This document shows, one piece after another, positions 1 to 8,402 of a stretch of 21,849 nucleotides of DNA (position 1 is its first letter; each line of letters begins with the position of its first letter). The notes under the pieces were generated by a model, which made no database searches, had not been told where the DNA came from, and was given only the letters and a program-made list of their open reading frames with translations. Source of the DNA: a virus (lineage: Duplodnaviria; Heunggongvirae; Uroviricota; Caudoviricetes); the IMG/VR virus record IMGVR_UViG_2693429728_000015, positions 1 through 21,849 of that record, one strand, 5' to 3'. A program made the position numbers and the translations under genes.

Positions 1-207
1 ACAGTTGGTGTGGCGGCCTCAGTCCGGAACAATTTGAAAACAAGAACCTCGCTTAGGCCTGTGTCCATATTACGTGGGTAGGATCACGCAGGGGTCGGCC
101 CATTTGAGCTTCAGATAGGAACGTTTGAATTCCTTTCACAAAATACATCACATACTGAACGTGAACATTCCCACTTTGATCTTAAGGCCAAAAAGTATGC
201 AGGACTA

Positions 208-1926
208 ATGATTTTTAGGGATAGCTTGAGAGTATTACCTTATGGTCGAGTAGATAATGATTTCTTCCAGATAGAAGAAAGACGTTCATGGAATGCAGGG
301 CGATATTATTGGTCTAATAGAAGGATTTTTGGTTATATTGGAATTACTCAATCCAGTAATAAAGAGCTGAAAGATAAGTCGGGGAGAGAGGGATTCATAA
401 GAAACCAGGCTGCAAGAGAACTGAAAACTATTATATCTAATTTGTTAACTGAACTTGCTGATAGATTTTTTGGTTCACGTTCTGATGACCGTAAAGAGCT
501 TTTAGAACAAGTTAAGCGTGAAAAAGAGTTAAGAAAATCTGCTCAACAACAAGCTCGAAAATCAACACAAAAAAGTTTTTCAGAAGCTTTGAAGAATCAG
601 ACACCAGTTCTTGATGCTTCCTTGGAGGCTGTTAAAAGGCTGAAAACTAAGCTTGATAAAACTGATGGTTCGTTAGATTTAAACTATCTTAAAATTATAG
701 ACAGTGATCTTACAAACTTAGATGCGTTGCGCAGTGAAATTAAAACGCCTATCAAACCTCCAAAACTTGGAATGTATGAAGAGAAATATAGAGACTACAG
801 AGATAAATTTAATGAGTTCTCTGCGTATATTCTACAAATGAAGTTAGCAATTAATAAACTTGATTCTGAATTAAATAAACTTGAGCCTTCATTGTCAGCG
901 AAAAATCACCTTGAAAAAAATCAAGGTATTATTAATTCTAAACTAACTAAGTTTAATAACACGATAGAGGAGAAGATACATTCTCTTTTAAAAAAATGGG
1001 CCGATGAAATAAAGGTTGATCGAAGTGATTATTATGCTAAAACTATATCAGTTGTTGATTCAATAGATAATGATTCACAAATTGAAAATGTGTTTAATTT
1101 GCTCGATAGTTTATATGTTGAGTCAGTTGATACCCTAACTTTCAAATATCAATCAATAATAAAAGGTCTCGATGGATTATTTGAAGGTATAAACTTAGAT
1201 TCAGCATTCTCATTATCTGAAGAAGAACGCTCATATTTTGAAGAAAAAGCTAAAAGTTTAAACGCGCTTGCACAGTTAGGTATTAGTGTTGAGATAATAT
1301 CTCATGAACTTGAAGAAATGGATTCTATGGTAACCAGAGGACTAAACTCTCTTCCTACTTCTGTAAAAGAACACCCTGGTTTTTCATTGGCGTTAAATGC
1401 TCACAGATCGCTTACTCAACAAATACGTTTCTTATCACCTTTGAAAATATCAGGTTATCAATCCAGGCAGAGAATAACTGGAAAAAATATCATGGATTAT
1501 GTCCTGAAGTTCTTTGGGGAGCGTTTCGAACGGCAACGAATAACTATTGAATTTAGTGAAGAGTTTAAGCAAATCGCAATAACAGATATACCATCAAGGA
1601 TCTATCCTGTTTTTACTAATATTATCAACAATGCAATGTATTGGGTCAGTCTGTCAAATAATAGGCTCATAAAGATTGGTTTTGTGAATTCTTTGGTTAT
1701 CATAGCAAATTCTGGTCCGGCAATTGATACCGATGATATCCCGCGACTATTTGAACTATTTTATAGCAAAAGAGCAAATGGACATGGGGTAGGTCTGTAT
1801 CTATGTCGAGAAAACCTTGCTGTTGCACATCATAAAATATGGTATTCAGAACCTGATGAAGGCGATAACTATTTAATAAAAGATGGCGCTAATTTTGTGA
1901 TCCAGTTCAATGGAGTGGAGTTCTAA
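208..1926 (+). CDS. Histidine-kinase-like protein: coiled-coil-rich N-terminal region, HisKA-like H-box, C-terminal GHKL/HATPase_c domain
   Basis: 572-aa ORF. Translation shows an H-box-like 'ISHELEEMDS', an N-box 'NIINNAMYW', a G1-like 'ANSGPAIDTDD' and a G2 'GHGVGLYLCRENL'. No in-frame start between the stop at 79-81 and ATG 208. Region is AT-rich (about 30% GC in a sampled stretch). No hydrophobic segment seen, so probably cytoplasmic. The SD (AGGA) sits only 3 nt from the ATG, so the start is uncertain. Confidence 0.7.
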   Translation: MIFRDSLRVLPYGRVDNDFFQIEERRSWNAGRYYWSNRRIFGYIGITQSSNKELKDKSGREGFIRNQAARELKTIISNLLTELADRFFGSRSDDRKELLEQVKREKELRKSAQQQARKSTQKSFSEALKNQTPVLDASLEAVKRLKTKLDKTDGSLDLNYLKIIDSDLTNLDALRSEIKTPIKPPKLGMYEEKYRDYRDKFNEFSAYILQMKLAINKLDSELNKLEPSLSAKNHLEKNQGIINSKLTKFNNTIEEKIHSLLKKWADEIKVDRSDYYAKTISVVDSIDNDSQIENVFNLLDSLYVESVDTLTFKYQSIIKGLDGLFEGINLDSAFSLSEEERSYFEEKAKSLNALAQLGISVEIISHELEEMDSMVTRGLNSLPTSVKEHPGFSLALNAHRSLTQQIRFLSPLKISGYQSRQRITGKNIMDYVLKFFGERFERQRITIEFSEEFKQIAITDIPSRIYPVFTNIINNAMYWVSLSNNRLIKIGFVNSLVIIANSGPAIDTDDIPRLFELFYSKRANGHGVGLYLCRENLAVAHHKIWYSEPDEGDNYLIKDGANFVIQFNGVEF

Positions 1927-1927
1927 T

Positions 1928-3676
1928 ATGACAGTGGCAAATTATAATTCTCTTGTCCAGAAAACTTTCTGCGAAAATGCAATTCGTTCCGTTGTCATGA
2001 TTGATGACGATTTTCTGACGTATTCTGAATCAATCAGGGCGTTGAATAACGAAGTTGATTTAGACTACAACAAAATTGACTCATCTAAACGAGCCGCTAC
2101 TCTTGAGAGCTTTTTTCAATCTAAAAATATGATTTGTGATGTTGACAATGGTTCTGTTAATTTCGATGTGGATCGGATTAGAAAATCAGATCTTATTATT
2201 GTAGATTATCATCTTGATAATAATGCACCTGATAAAACACTTAAACTATTACAAGATTTGAAAGGCTCCGATCATTTAAATATGATTGTAATATATACTA
2301 GAGAGAATTTAGAAACGGTTTGGATGCAGATATCATCGACTCTCAAAGGTGCTCTGGATATCAACAGCTTGATCATTGACTACGATAATGAAGATGTCCA
2401 AAGTTATTGGGAAGACGTTGTATTACCGAACTTAAATGATAATGGTAATAAAGCTCTCACAAGAGATGAAACAATAGCCTATATTAAAGACAGTAAGCCT
2501 TGTAGAAGAATTAAAAGATTAATACATGATGATGCTGTGTTGGAGGATCAAAAGGATAAAAACTTCATTGCAAAAATGATTGCAGAATATGCTGTGTCTA
2601 GAAATGCAATTATTTCTAGCAACACATCTGGCAATGTCATTCGGGGTGATGAAAGCGGAGTAAAATGGATTCAATGTGGTAATATCTTTGTCTCCCTATT
2701 TCATAAGGTTCAAGATGATCATGAAAACGATGGAGATAGGATTTGGCAAACTCTCAATGATTCTCTCATTGAATGGAAACCATCTTATTATCAGTTAATA
2801 AAATCTGAAATTCAGAATGCAATCGAAGCTGAGGCTTTATCTTTTGTAAATCATTTGGCTAACGATCATTACGGTCAAGCTGCGTGGTTAAATGAGATAT
2901 TAAAATCAGACTCGCCTGATATTAGATGTAGAAATATTGACTTTGTATTTGGTAATTTATCAGAAGAGCTTTATCAAAGACTTAAAAATAATAATACGCT
3001 GGATGAATTTATCAAAAGTGTTTTTGATAGCTATTCAAATGAATACGCTAACAGCGGAGTTGCTGCATTGCTCCAATATTGCTCTTCAAAAATGGATCTG
3101 CCATCAAATAATGATACTTATCACGAAATGTATCATGCTTTAAATATGAATTTGTCTTCAAAGAATTTTGAAGATGGTCATATTTCTACTGGCACTATTT
3201 TCTTTGATACAGAGTCGAACAAATGGTATTTATGTGTATCTGCGGCATGTGATTTGGTTCCTACTCAGGGTAACGACCCTCACCATGTAAGATTAAGTCC
3301 GCACAGGCTCATTAAAGTTCTGGAGCTTTTTAACGCCAGTCAGAGTAAAGCATTGCCATTTGCTGAACATTCGAAATATATATATGTAATGCATAAAAAT
3401 CAAAGAAAATATCTCTCTATTTTCGAAGGGGATAAAACGCTTCCTGTTGTTGATTATATGGTGGTGTTGAATCATGGAACAACAGTTGATGGCGAAGAAA
3501 AAAATATTATTTCTGCCGTGTTTTTAAGTAATATGGATGGCAACGTGCAAAATGTTCCTGTCCGACTCAAACTTAAATCTCAACTGAGAACTGGTTATGC
3601 AGAAAGATATCAGGCTATAGCGTCTCAGTATAGCTCAAGGATTGGTGTGGATTATGTATCAATGATGCTACCATAA
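1928..3676 (+). CDS. Receiver (REC)-like N-terminal domain fused to a roughly 430-aa C-terminal domain of unknown function
   Basis: ORF track gives 1910-3676. The ATG at 1928 is preferred because GGAGTGGAG lies 7 nt upstream and it sits 1 nt after the upstream stop (translational coupling). N-terminus has REC-like landmarks: 'VVMIDDDF' (acidic pocket), 'DLIIVDYHL' (putative phospho-acceptor Asp), 'MIVIYT' (Thr) and a following Lys. I do not recognise the C-terminal region. Confidence 0.6.
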   Translation: MTVANYNSLVQKTFCENAIRSVVMIDDDFLTYSESIRALNNEVDLDYNKIDSSKRAATLESFFQSKNMICDVDNGSVNFDVDRIRKSDLIIVDYHLDNNAPDKTLKLLQDLKGSDHLNMIVIYTRENLETVWMQISSTLKGALDINSLIIDYDNEDVQSYWEDVVLPNLNDNGNKALTRDETIAYIKDSKPCRRIKRLIHDDAVLEDQKDKNFIAKMIAEYAVSRNAIISSNTSGNVIRGDESGVKWIQCGNIFVSLFHKVQDDHENDGDRIWQTLNDSLIEWKPSYYQLIKSEIQNAIEAEALSFVNHLANDHYGQAAWLNEILKSDSPDIRCRNIDFVFGNLSEELYQRLKNNNTLDEFIKSVFDSYSNEYANSGVAALLQYCSSKMDLPSNNDTYHEMYHALNMNLSSKNFEDGHISTGTIFFDTESNKWYLCVSAACDLVPTQGNDPHHVRLSPHRLIKVLELFNASQSKALPFAEHSKYIYVMHKNQRKYLSIFEGDKTLPVVDYMVVLNHGTTVDGEEKNIISAVFLSNMDGNVQNVPVRLKLKSQLRTGYAERYQAIASQYSSRIGVDYVSMMLP

Positions 3677-3974
3677 TTATTATATTTTAGGCGTGGTGAT
3701 TTTTTTTCGCCATGCCTATTTTATATTTATCATCACAATGATGTTGTTTATTTTTGTTTAAGTCTTCTAAGCTTCATGCATTCTAATGAGAATAATAATA
3801 GAGTTGTGCTGTATATAAAGCCAGAGTTAGTTAATAACTTTAAATTTAATGCTTCAGGATTTTCACTGAGAAAGTGAAAGGCATAAACTAAGTATACAGC
3901 TAAAGTAGCCGTTCCAATTGTTGGTCCAATATCGCCTTGATCATGAGGTTCAAGGTTTACATTGAACTTGAAGA

Positions 3975-4163
3975 TTAGCCATTCAAATCCCCAAGTAAAA
4001 AAACAACTAATATCATGGCTGCGAATAATTTCGCGATGTTATCTGCTGATGGATTCATCAGAACAGATTGTTTCTGAAAAAATTCACAAAGTGAGAGTCC
4101 GAAAAAAATAAAAAAAAGTGGTCTGGAACTAAATTTTTCAAAAACTTTGAATAGGGTTTCCAT
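3975..4163 (-). CDS. Small hydrophobic protein (two predicted TM helices), hypothetical
   Basis: 62-aa ORF with two hydrophobic stretches ('LFFIFFGLSLCEFF', 'LFAAMILVVFLLG') and GAAGG about 9 nt upstream of the ATG. Lies in the AT-rich spacer between the convergent cargo gene and the integrase. Short, so could be spurious. Confidence 0.3.
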   Translation of the reverse strand: METLFKVFEKFSSRPLFFIFFGLSLCEFFQKQSVLMNPSADNIAKLFAAMILVVFLLGDLNG

Positions 4164-4201
4164 TTTCTTTACCTTCAGGATTATATTAGCTATTCTGATA
4201 C

Positions 4202-5473
4202 TTAGGCTACCAGAGCATTTGATCTTTGAGCTTGAACGTAATCACTCCACCATTGCATCAAACTCTGTCGCTCTATCAGATATTCTGCACGATTGTATGC
4301 TGCGATAATTTCATCTTTTTTCGAGTGGGCAAGCGCTGCCTCAAGAACTTCAGCTCTGAATTTACCAGACTCCTCTGCCGCTGTTCGTGCAATAGAACGC
4401 ATACCGTGAGCTACAAGCTCGCCTCCGAACCCCATTCGGATGATAGCTGCGTTGGCTGTTTGTTCATGCATATGATTAAGAGGCGCTTTTATGCTGGGGA
4501 AAACCCATTCTCTATGCCCACTTATTGATTTCATTAATTCAAGGATGCGCAAAGCTTCTTTACTCAAAGGAACTTTGTGAAGCTTTTTCATTTTCATGAA
4601 ATCAGCAGGAATGTTCCAAATGCTGTTGGTTGTATCAATATCAGACCACCTTGCGCGAACGGCTTCACCCGGACGAACCCATGTCAACAATTGCCATTCA
4701 ATTAGCATACGTGTTTCCAACCGGATTGACGCATTCGTCAAAGATTCCATAAACCTTGGCAATTCGCTTGGGGGAAGGGCAGGCATATTTTGCTTTTTTG
4801 GTTTACTGAATCTTTGACCAAGGTTGTCAGCCGGGTTGAACTCAATAAGTTCTTCAGTAGCTGCCCACCGGAAGATTTCATTCAGACGTGAAATGATACG
4901 GCGTAGAGTTTCCAATACGCCTCGTTGCTCAATAGGATCAAGGTGTTGTTTTAAGAGCTTAGGTCGGATCTCATTGATAGGGACATTACCCAGACCGGGA
5001 AAGACATTTCTCTCTAAGCTGCGCCAGATGTCTGCTGCATGGTCTTGTGAGATACCTGATGTCTTTACCTTCTCATCTAACCATTTCCGCGCTACGGCTT
5101 GGAGAGTGTGCTCAGTAGCACTCTTTAATGCCTTCGCCTTATCGTTGTTATGGATTTGGGGATCAACACCATTTGCCAGAAAGGAGAGATATTCATCACG
5201 TAAGGCTCTGGCTCTTGCAAGGGTAAGGTGAGGATATGTCCCAAGGCTCATTTTGGTTCTTTTCTTGCTCACTGGTACTGCATACCTGAAATACCAATTT
5301 TTCTTGCCTCCTTTCGCCAAAGGAGCGATTCGTAGAATCAGACCATCACCGTCAAACAAGTTGATTTCTTTATCGGCTGGCTTGGTGCTTTTGATTTCAG
5401 TGTCAGTGAGCTTCTTAGCGATTTTTGCCATTTTGGGACCCTCGGTTTTTGGACCCTTCTTAATGGGTCCCAT
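4202..5473 (-). CDS. int: P4-family (IntA/CP4-57-like) tyrosine integrase
   Basis: 423-aa ORF. N-terminus 'MAKIAKKLTDTEIKSTKPADKEINLFDGDGLILRIAPL' is typical of the P4-integrase arm-binding domain; C-terminus has 'LAHSKKDEIIAAYNRAEY' (catalytic-Tyr region). The more likely start is the ATG at 5431 (GAGGG about 9 nt upstream), giving 409 aa. It lies immediately downstream, same strand, of the ssrA 3' fragment. Confidence 0.9.
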   Translation of the reverse strand: MGPIKKGPKTEGPKMAKIAKKLTDTEIKSTKPADKEINLFDGDGLILRIAPLAKGGKKNWYFRYAVPVSKKRTKMSLGTYPHLTLARARALRDEYLSFLANGVDPQIHNNDKAKALKSATEHTLQAVARKWLDEKVKTSGISQDHAADIWRSLERNVFPGLGNVPINEIRPKLLKQHLDPIEQRGVLETLRRIISRLNEIFRWAATEELIEFNPADNLGQRFSKPKKQNMPALPPSELPRFMESLTNASIRLETRMLIEWQLLTWVRPGEAVRARWSDIDTTNSIWNIPADFMKMKKLHKVPLSKEALRILELMKSISGHREWVFPSIKAPLNHMHEQTANAAIIRMGFGGELVAHGMRSIARTAAEESGKFRAEVLEAALAHSKKDEIIAAYNRAEYLIERQSLMQWWSDYVQAQRSNALVA

Positions 5474-5528
5474 TCAGGGTGCCATAACTCGTAGTTCTCA
5501 GCAATTCTCACTGGACGACAATAGACGT

Positions 5529-5560
5529 AAAAAAGCCCGCAGAGCTTGTGCTGTGTGGGC
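5529..5560 (-). terminator. Putative rho-independent terminator between the ssrA fragment and int
   Basis: On the minus strand an imperfect GC-rich hairpin (GCCCACACAG...CTGCGGGC) is followed by TTTTTT (plus-strand A-tract at 5529-5534). Confidence 0.45.
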
Positions 5561-5596
5561 TTAGTAGACTTCATTGAACTTCAAACAACTAAAAAG

Positions 5597-5641
5597 TGGT
5601 GGAGCTGGCGGGAGTTGAACCCGCGTCCGAAATTCCTACAT
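5597..5641 (-). repeat. ssrA: 3'-terminal 45 nt of tmRNA (ssrA): T-arm plus acceptor ending CCA; att-site direct repeat of an ssrA-integrated element
   Basis: Reverse complement reads ATGTAGGAATTTCGGACGCGGGTTCAACTCCCGCCAGCTCCACCA, which I recognise as the 3' end of enterobacterial tmRNA. Sequence at higher coordinates (5642-5800) is AT-rich and unlike the tmRNA body, so this is a partial copy, not the gene. Confidence 0.75.
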
Positions 5642-5767
5642 ACTAATAATATATCTTTAAAATCAAAATATTCTATTATTTATCAATGTATTATGTTTAT
5701 GTGGTGTTAAGGGGTTTATATGGGTTTTAGTTCTCTGCCGCCAAAATGCAGCCAAAAAAATTGAATG

Positions 5768-5795
5768 GTAAAACGCCAGTTCGTTGAACTGGCGA
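5768..5795 (-). terminator. Rho-independent terminator after the ThyX-like gene
   Basis: Perfect 9-bp stem with 3-nt loop (cgccagttc-gtt-gaactggcg, 5775-5795), followed on the minus strand by TTTTACC. It sits 10 nt after the stop of the 5805-6572 CDS. Confidence 0.6.
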
Positions 5796-5804
5796 GATCT
5801 TGTC

Positions 5805-6572
5805 TTATTGTTTTATTATCTTAACGTGCGCCGTTCCTCCATTGACTTTTTCGAAATCTTGGAACAAGGCAGGGGCATCTTGAGTTACAATATCGTAAAG
5901 TTTTTCTGAAACTGTTCTCATTTCATAGTCACCCTGTATTGCTCCTCTCATTTCGAAGAAGTGTCGAATTGCGCGAGCATTTGCTGTGACGATTATTTTT
6001 GTCTCGGTTGCATTAGGCAATATAGAGCGAGAAGCGCTTCTTAGGGCCCGCATTTTTTCTTTTTTGTTCTCATACGATTGGTTTTCACGGATTTTTTTCA
6101 AGGATTGCTTATAAAAATCCAGACTACTTTCAATATGTTGGCACCATGACTTAAACAATTCTGGGTCATTTTTTACTTCTATAGGGGCTACGAATTCAGC
6201 ATCGGATTCATCATGATACTGTTGGGATAACTGGCTATATGAAAAACCAGCTCTATGCCGAACTAGCTGGTGTGTAAATGCACGAGATACCCCAGTAATT
6301 AAAAAGGTCCAGTTCAAATGTTCTAAGACACTTTCATGCCCTTGAATAATTAAATTGTTGATATATTGACTTGTAGTCCGTGGAGACTGCTTATCCTCTC
6401 CAAAAGACATATAACATAGCCTGCCAGCGGCCTCTACCAGAAGCTCAGCTTCGGTCGCCTGCCCTTTGCGAACCCATTGCAATGATGATGTGTTTAAAAA
6501 ATCATCAAAAACATTACTTTCAAATGAAGGGTGTGATATGCATTTTACTGATAAATCAGAGATTTTTATCAT
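5805..6572 (-). CDS. ThyX-like flavin-dependent thymidylate synthase homologue
   Basis: 255-aa ORF with 'GVSRAFTHQLVRHRAGFSYSQLSQQY', matching the ThyX signature (RHR ... SYSQ.SQ) and its surrounding conserved block. GGGAG lies upstream of the ATG. Starts 2 nt after the stop of the upstream Dcd-like gene (operon). AT-rich. Confidence 0.7.
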   Translation of the reverse strand: MIKISDLSVKCISHPSFESNVFDDFLNTSSLQWVRKGQATEAELLVEAAGRLCYMSFGEDKQSPRTTSQYINNLIIQGHESVLEHLNWTFLITGVSRAFTHQLVRHRAGFSYSQLSQQYHDESDAEFVAPIEVKNDPELFKSWCQHIESSLDFYKQSLKKIRENQSYENKKEKMRALRSASRSILPNATETKIIVTANARAIRHFFEMRGAIQGDYEMRTVSEKLYDIVTQDAPALFQDFEKVNGGTAHVKIIKQ

Positions 6573-6574
6573 TT

Positions 6575-7360
6575 TTACTCCCGTATAGCTTTTGGGGTGC
6601 TTACTTTAGCATCAACCTTTGGTTCGTTTGATTTAGCATTTTTTAGTAATTCAACGGTGCTTTTTAGGCTATTTATTTCATTTTGTTGAACTTTTATTGT
6701 TAATTCAAGATCTTTTGTACTACTGACATTACTGGATACTATTTGAAATAAGAAAGGAATTGCTAGGGTTATCAACGTTAGCATTAAGGCTGCTATCGCA
6801 ATTATAAAGCCAGTTTTTTTCGCAATGATTTTATTGATTTCTTTCGGAAGTCGTTTATCAAGTCCTGCAAAATCCTTTCCCATTCTAGAAAGTTGATCAT
6901 CATCCAATTTATTTACGATTTTTCCTTGGTAACCTTTAGTCGGTATTATTGTTTTAAATAATAACATTCGGGCTACTGCAGAATTTTGTGTCAATGAGAA
7001 TGGTTCTTTTGACATATTTACAAGATATATTGAAATTATGCCATTATATCCAGGGTCAATATGCCCTGGATTCGTCATGATAATTCCATTTTTTGATAGT
7101 GTGTTTCTTGGGAATATTACACCAGCTAAATTTTTTGCAAGTTGGAATTTTTCATTTAACTCTAATATTACAGTTTCCCCTGGCATCAGGATATGGTTGT
7201 TACGTGTTTTTTTATTGTCTTGACAGTCTGGTATATGTATTGTTTTTACAGAGAGATCAATGCTTGCAGATTGAACTTTAAATGTTCCATTTAATACCGT
7301 TAATGGATCAAAAATGTTGCCTCGCTGAATTTCATCATTGATTTCTATTTCAGACAGCAT
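6575..7360 (-). CDS. dCTP-deaminase/dUTPase-fold (Dcd-like) domain fused to a C-terminal transmembrane helix and a Lys-rich tail
   Basis: 261-aa ORF. 'PGHIDPGYNGIISIYLVNMSKEPFSLTQNSAVARMLLF' resembles the Dcd active-site block (HRIDPGWSG...). N-terminal region is also Dcd-like. Residues about 190-215 ('GFIIAIAALMLTLITLAIPFLFQIV') form a predicted TM helix. Starts 26 nt after the int stop. AT-rich. Confidence 0.6.
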   Translation of the reverse strand: MLSEIEINDEIQRGNIFDPLTVLNGTFKVQSASIDLSVKTIHIPDCQDNKKTRNNHILMPGETVILELNEKFQLAKNLAGVIFPRNTLSKNGIIMTNPGHIDPGYNGIISIYLVNMSKEPFSLTQNSAVARMLLFKTIIPTKGYQGKIVNKLDDDQLSRMGKDFAGLDKRLPKEINKIIAKKTGFIIAIAALMLTLITLAIPFLFQIVSSNVSSTKDLELTIKVQQNEINSLKSTVELLKNAKSNEPKVDAKVSTPKAIRE

Positions 7361-7386
7361 ATCAAAATCCTATATTTGTAAAGTTA

Positions 7387-8400
7387 TTATAAATTAGCCA
7401 GAGGGTTTTTTATTACTGCATCTTCAAGATGCTCTGGGGAAAAATGTGCATAAATCATAGTCATTTTTATATCAGAGTGGCCTAAAATATCTCGTAAAAC
7501 CAAAATATTACCACCATTCATCATAAAATGGCTGGCGAATGTATGGCGCAGAACGTGGGTGCATTGGCCCTCTGGTAACTCAATGTCAGCTCGCTTTACT
7601 GCTCGTTCAAAGGCTTTTCTGCAAGGAGTGAATAACTTCCCTCTGTTCTTAGGGAGTTCGTCATACAGATCCTGAGATATCGGCACGGTACGGTTTTTCT
7701 TGCCCTTAGTCTTGGTATAGGTGATCCGGTATTTCGATAACTGATGGCCCTGCAGATTTTCGGCTTCACTCCAGCGCGCGCCGGTGGCCAGGCATATTTT
7801 TGCAATTAAAAGTAGACTGGGGCTTTGAGAATCAGCACAGGCATCCAGCAGACGTTTAATTTCTTCCGGGGTCAGGAACGCCAGTTCACCCTCAGCAATT
7901 TTAAATGTTGGCAGCCCGGCAAGCGGATTGGGGGCTGACCAGTGGCCCAACTTTTTCAGTGTGCCAAAAACAGATGATAGGTTGCGCTGTTCAAGGTTTA
8001 CAGTGCGGGGCTTAACGGGCGACATAAGCGTGCCCTCTTCATTTCGCACTTCACCTTTTAGCCGCGCTTCTCGGTATTTAGTAAAATCACCGGCTGTCAG
8101 CTCTGAGGCGATGGGATCGCCTAGACCATTACAGATAATTCTAAGTTTCGCCATGAGGCGCTTGGGGTCTGCGAGTGTTTGACCATACAGGGAATACCAC
8201 TGCTCAATTAATTCTGATAGGTGTCGCCGATCTTCCTTTTCCCCCAGCCATGGCTTTTTGTTCACTTCTTCCATTGTGAAGCTTTCAAAAGCAATGGCTT
8301 CGCCTTTCGTAGCAAATTGCTTACGCACGCGCTTGCCATTGCGTCCATGGGGATAGCACTCGCACAACCATTTACCGTTTGGCTGTTTTCTGACAGTCAT
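7387..8400 (-). CDS. int: P2/186-family tyrosine integrase
   Basis: 337-aa ORF. N-terminus 'PNGKWLCECYPHGRNGKRVRKQFATKGEAIAFE' is P2-Int-like; C-terminus 'HVLRHTFASHFMMNGGNILVLRDILGHSDIKMTMIYAHF' carries the R-H-R-Y catalytic region. Starts 2 nt after the cI stop. Confidence 0.9.
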   Translation of the reverse strand: MTVRKQPNGKWLCECYPHGRNGKRVRKQFATKGEAIAFESFTMEEVNKKPWLGEKEDRRHLSELIEQWYSLYGQTLADPKRLMAKLRIICNGLGDPIASELTAGDFTKYREARLKGEVRNEEGTLMSPVKPRTVNLEQRNLSSVFGTLKKLGHWSAPNPLAGLPTFKIAEGELAFLTPEEIKRLLDACADSQSPSLLLIAKICLATGARWSEAENLQGHQLSKYRITYTKTKGKKNRTVPISQDLYDELPKNRGKLFTPCRKAFERAVKRADIELPEGQCTHVLRHTFASHFMMNGGNILVLRDILGHSDIKMTMIYAHFSPEHLEDAVIKNPLANL

Positions 8401-8402
8401 GT

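Noticed and set aside
1-207. Possible partial gene at the left edge (a minus-strand frame opens from ATG 66-68 toward position 1)
   Set aside because: Only 22 codons are visible and there is no SD; too little sequence to call.
2937-3475. Short ORFs 2937-3143 (+) and 3293-3475 (-) inside the REC-effector gene
   Set aside because: Internal to or antisense of the long CDS; composition-driven.
4226-5564. Plus-strand ORFs of 73-135 aa opposite the integrase
   Set aside because: They lie wholly inside the integrase gene on the opposite strand with low-complexity translations; treated as shadow ORFs.
5597-5800. An intact tmRNA (ssrA) gene
   Set aside because: Only the last 45 nt match the tmRNA 3' end. 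Sequence beyond 5642 is AT-rich and unlike the tmRNA body, so this is an att-site fragment.
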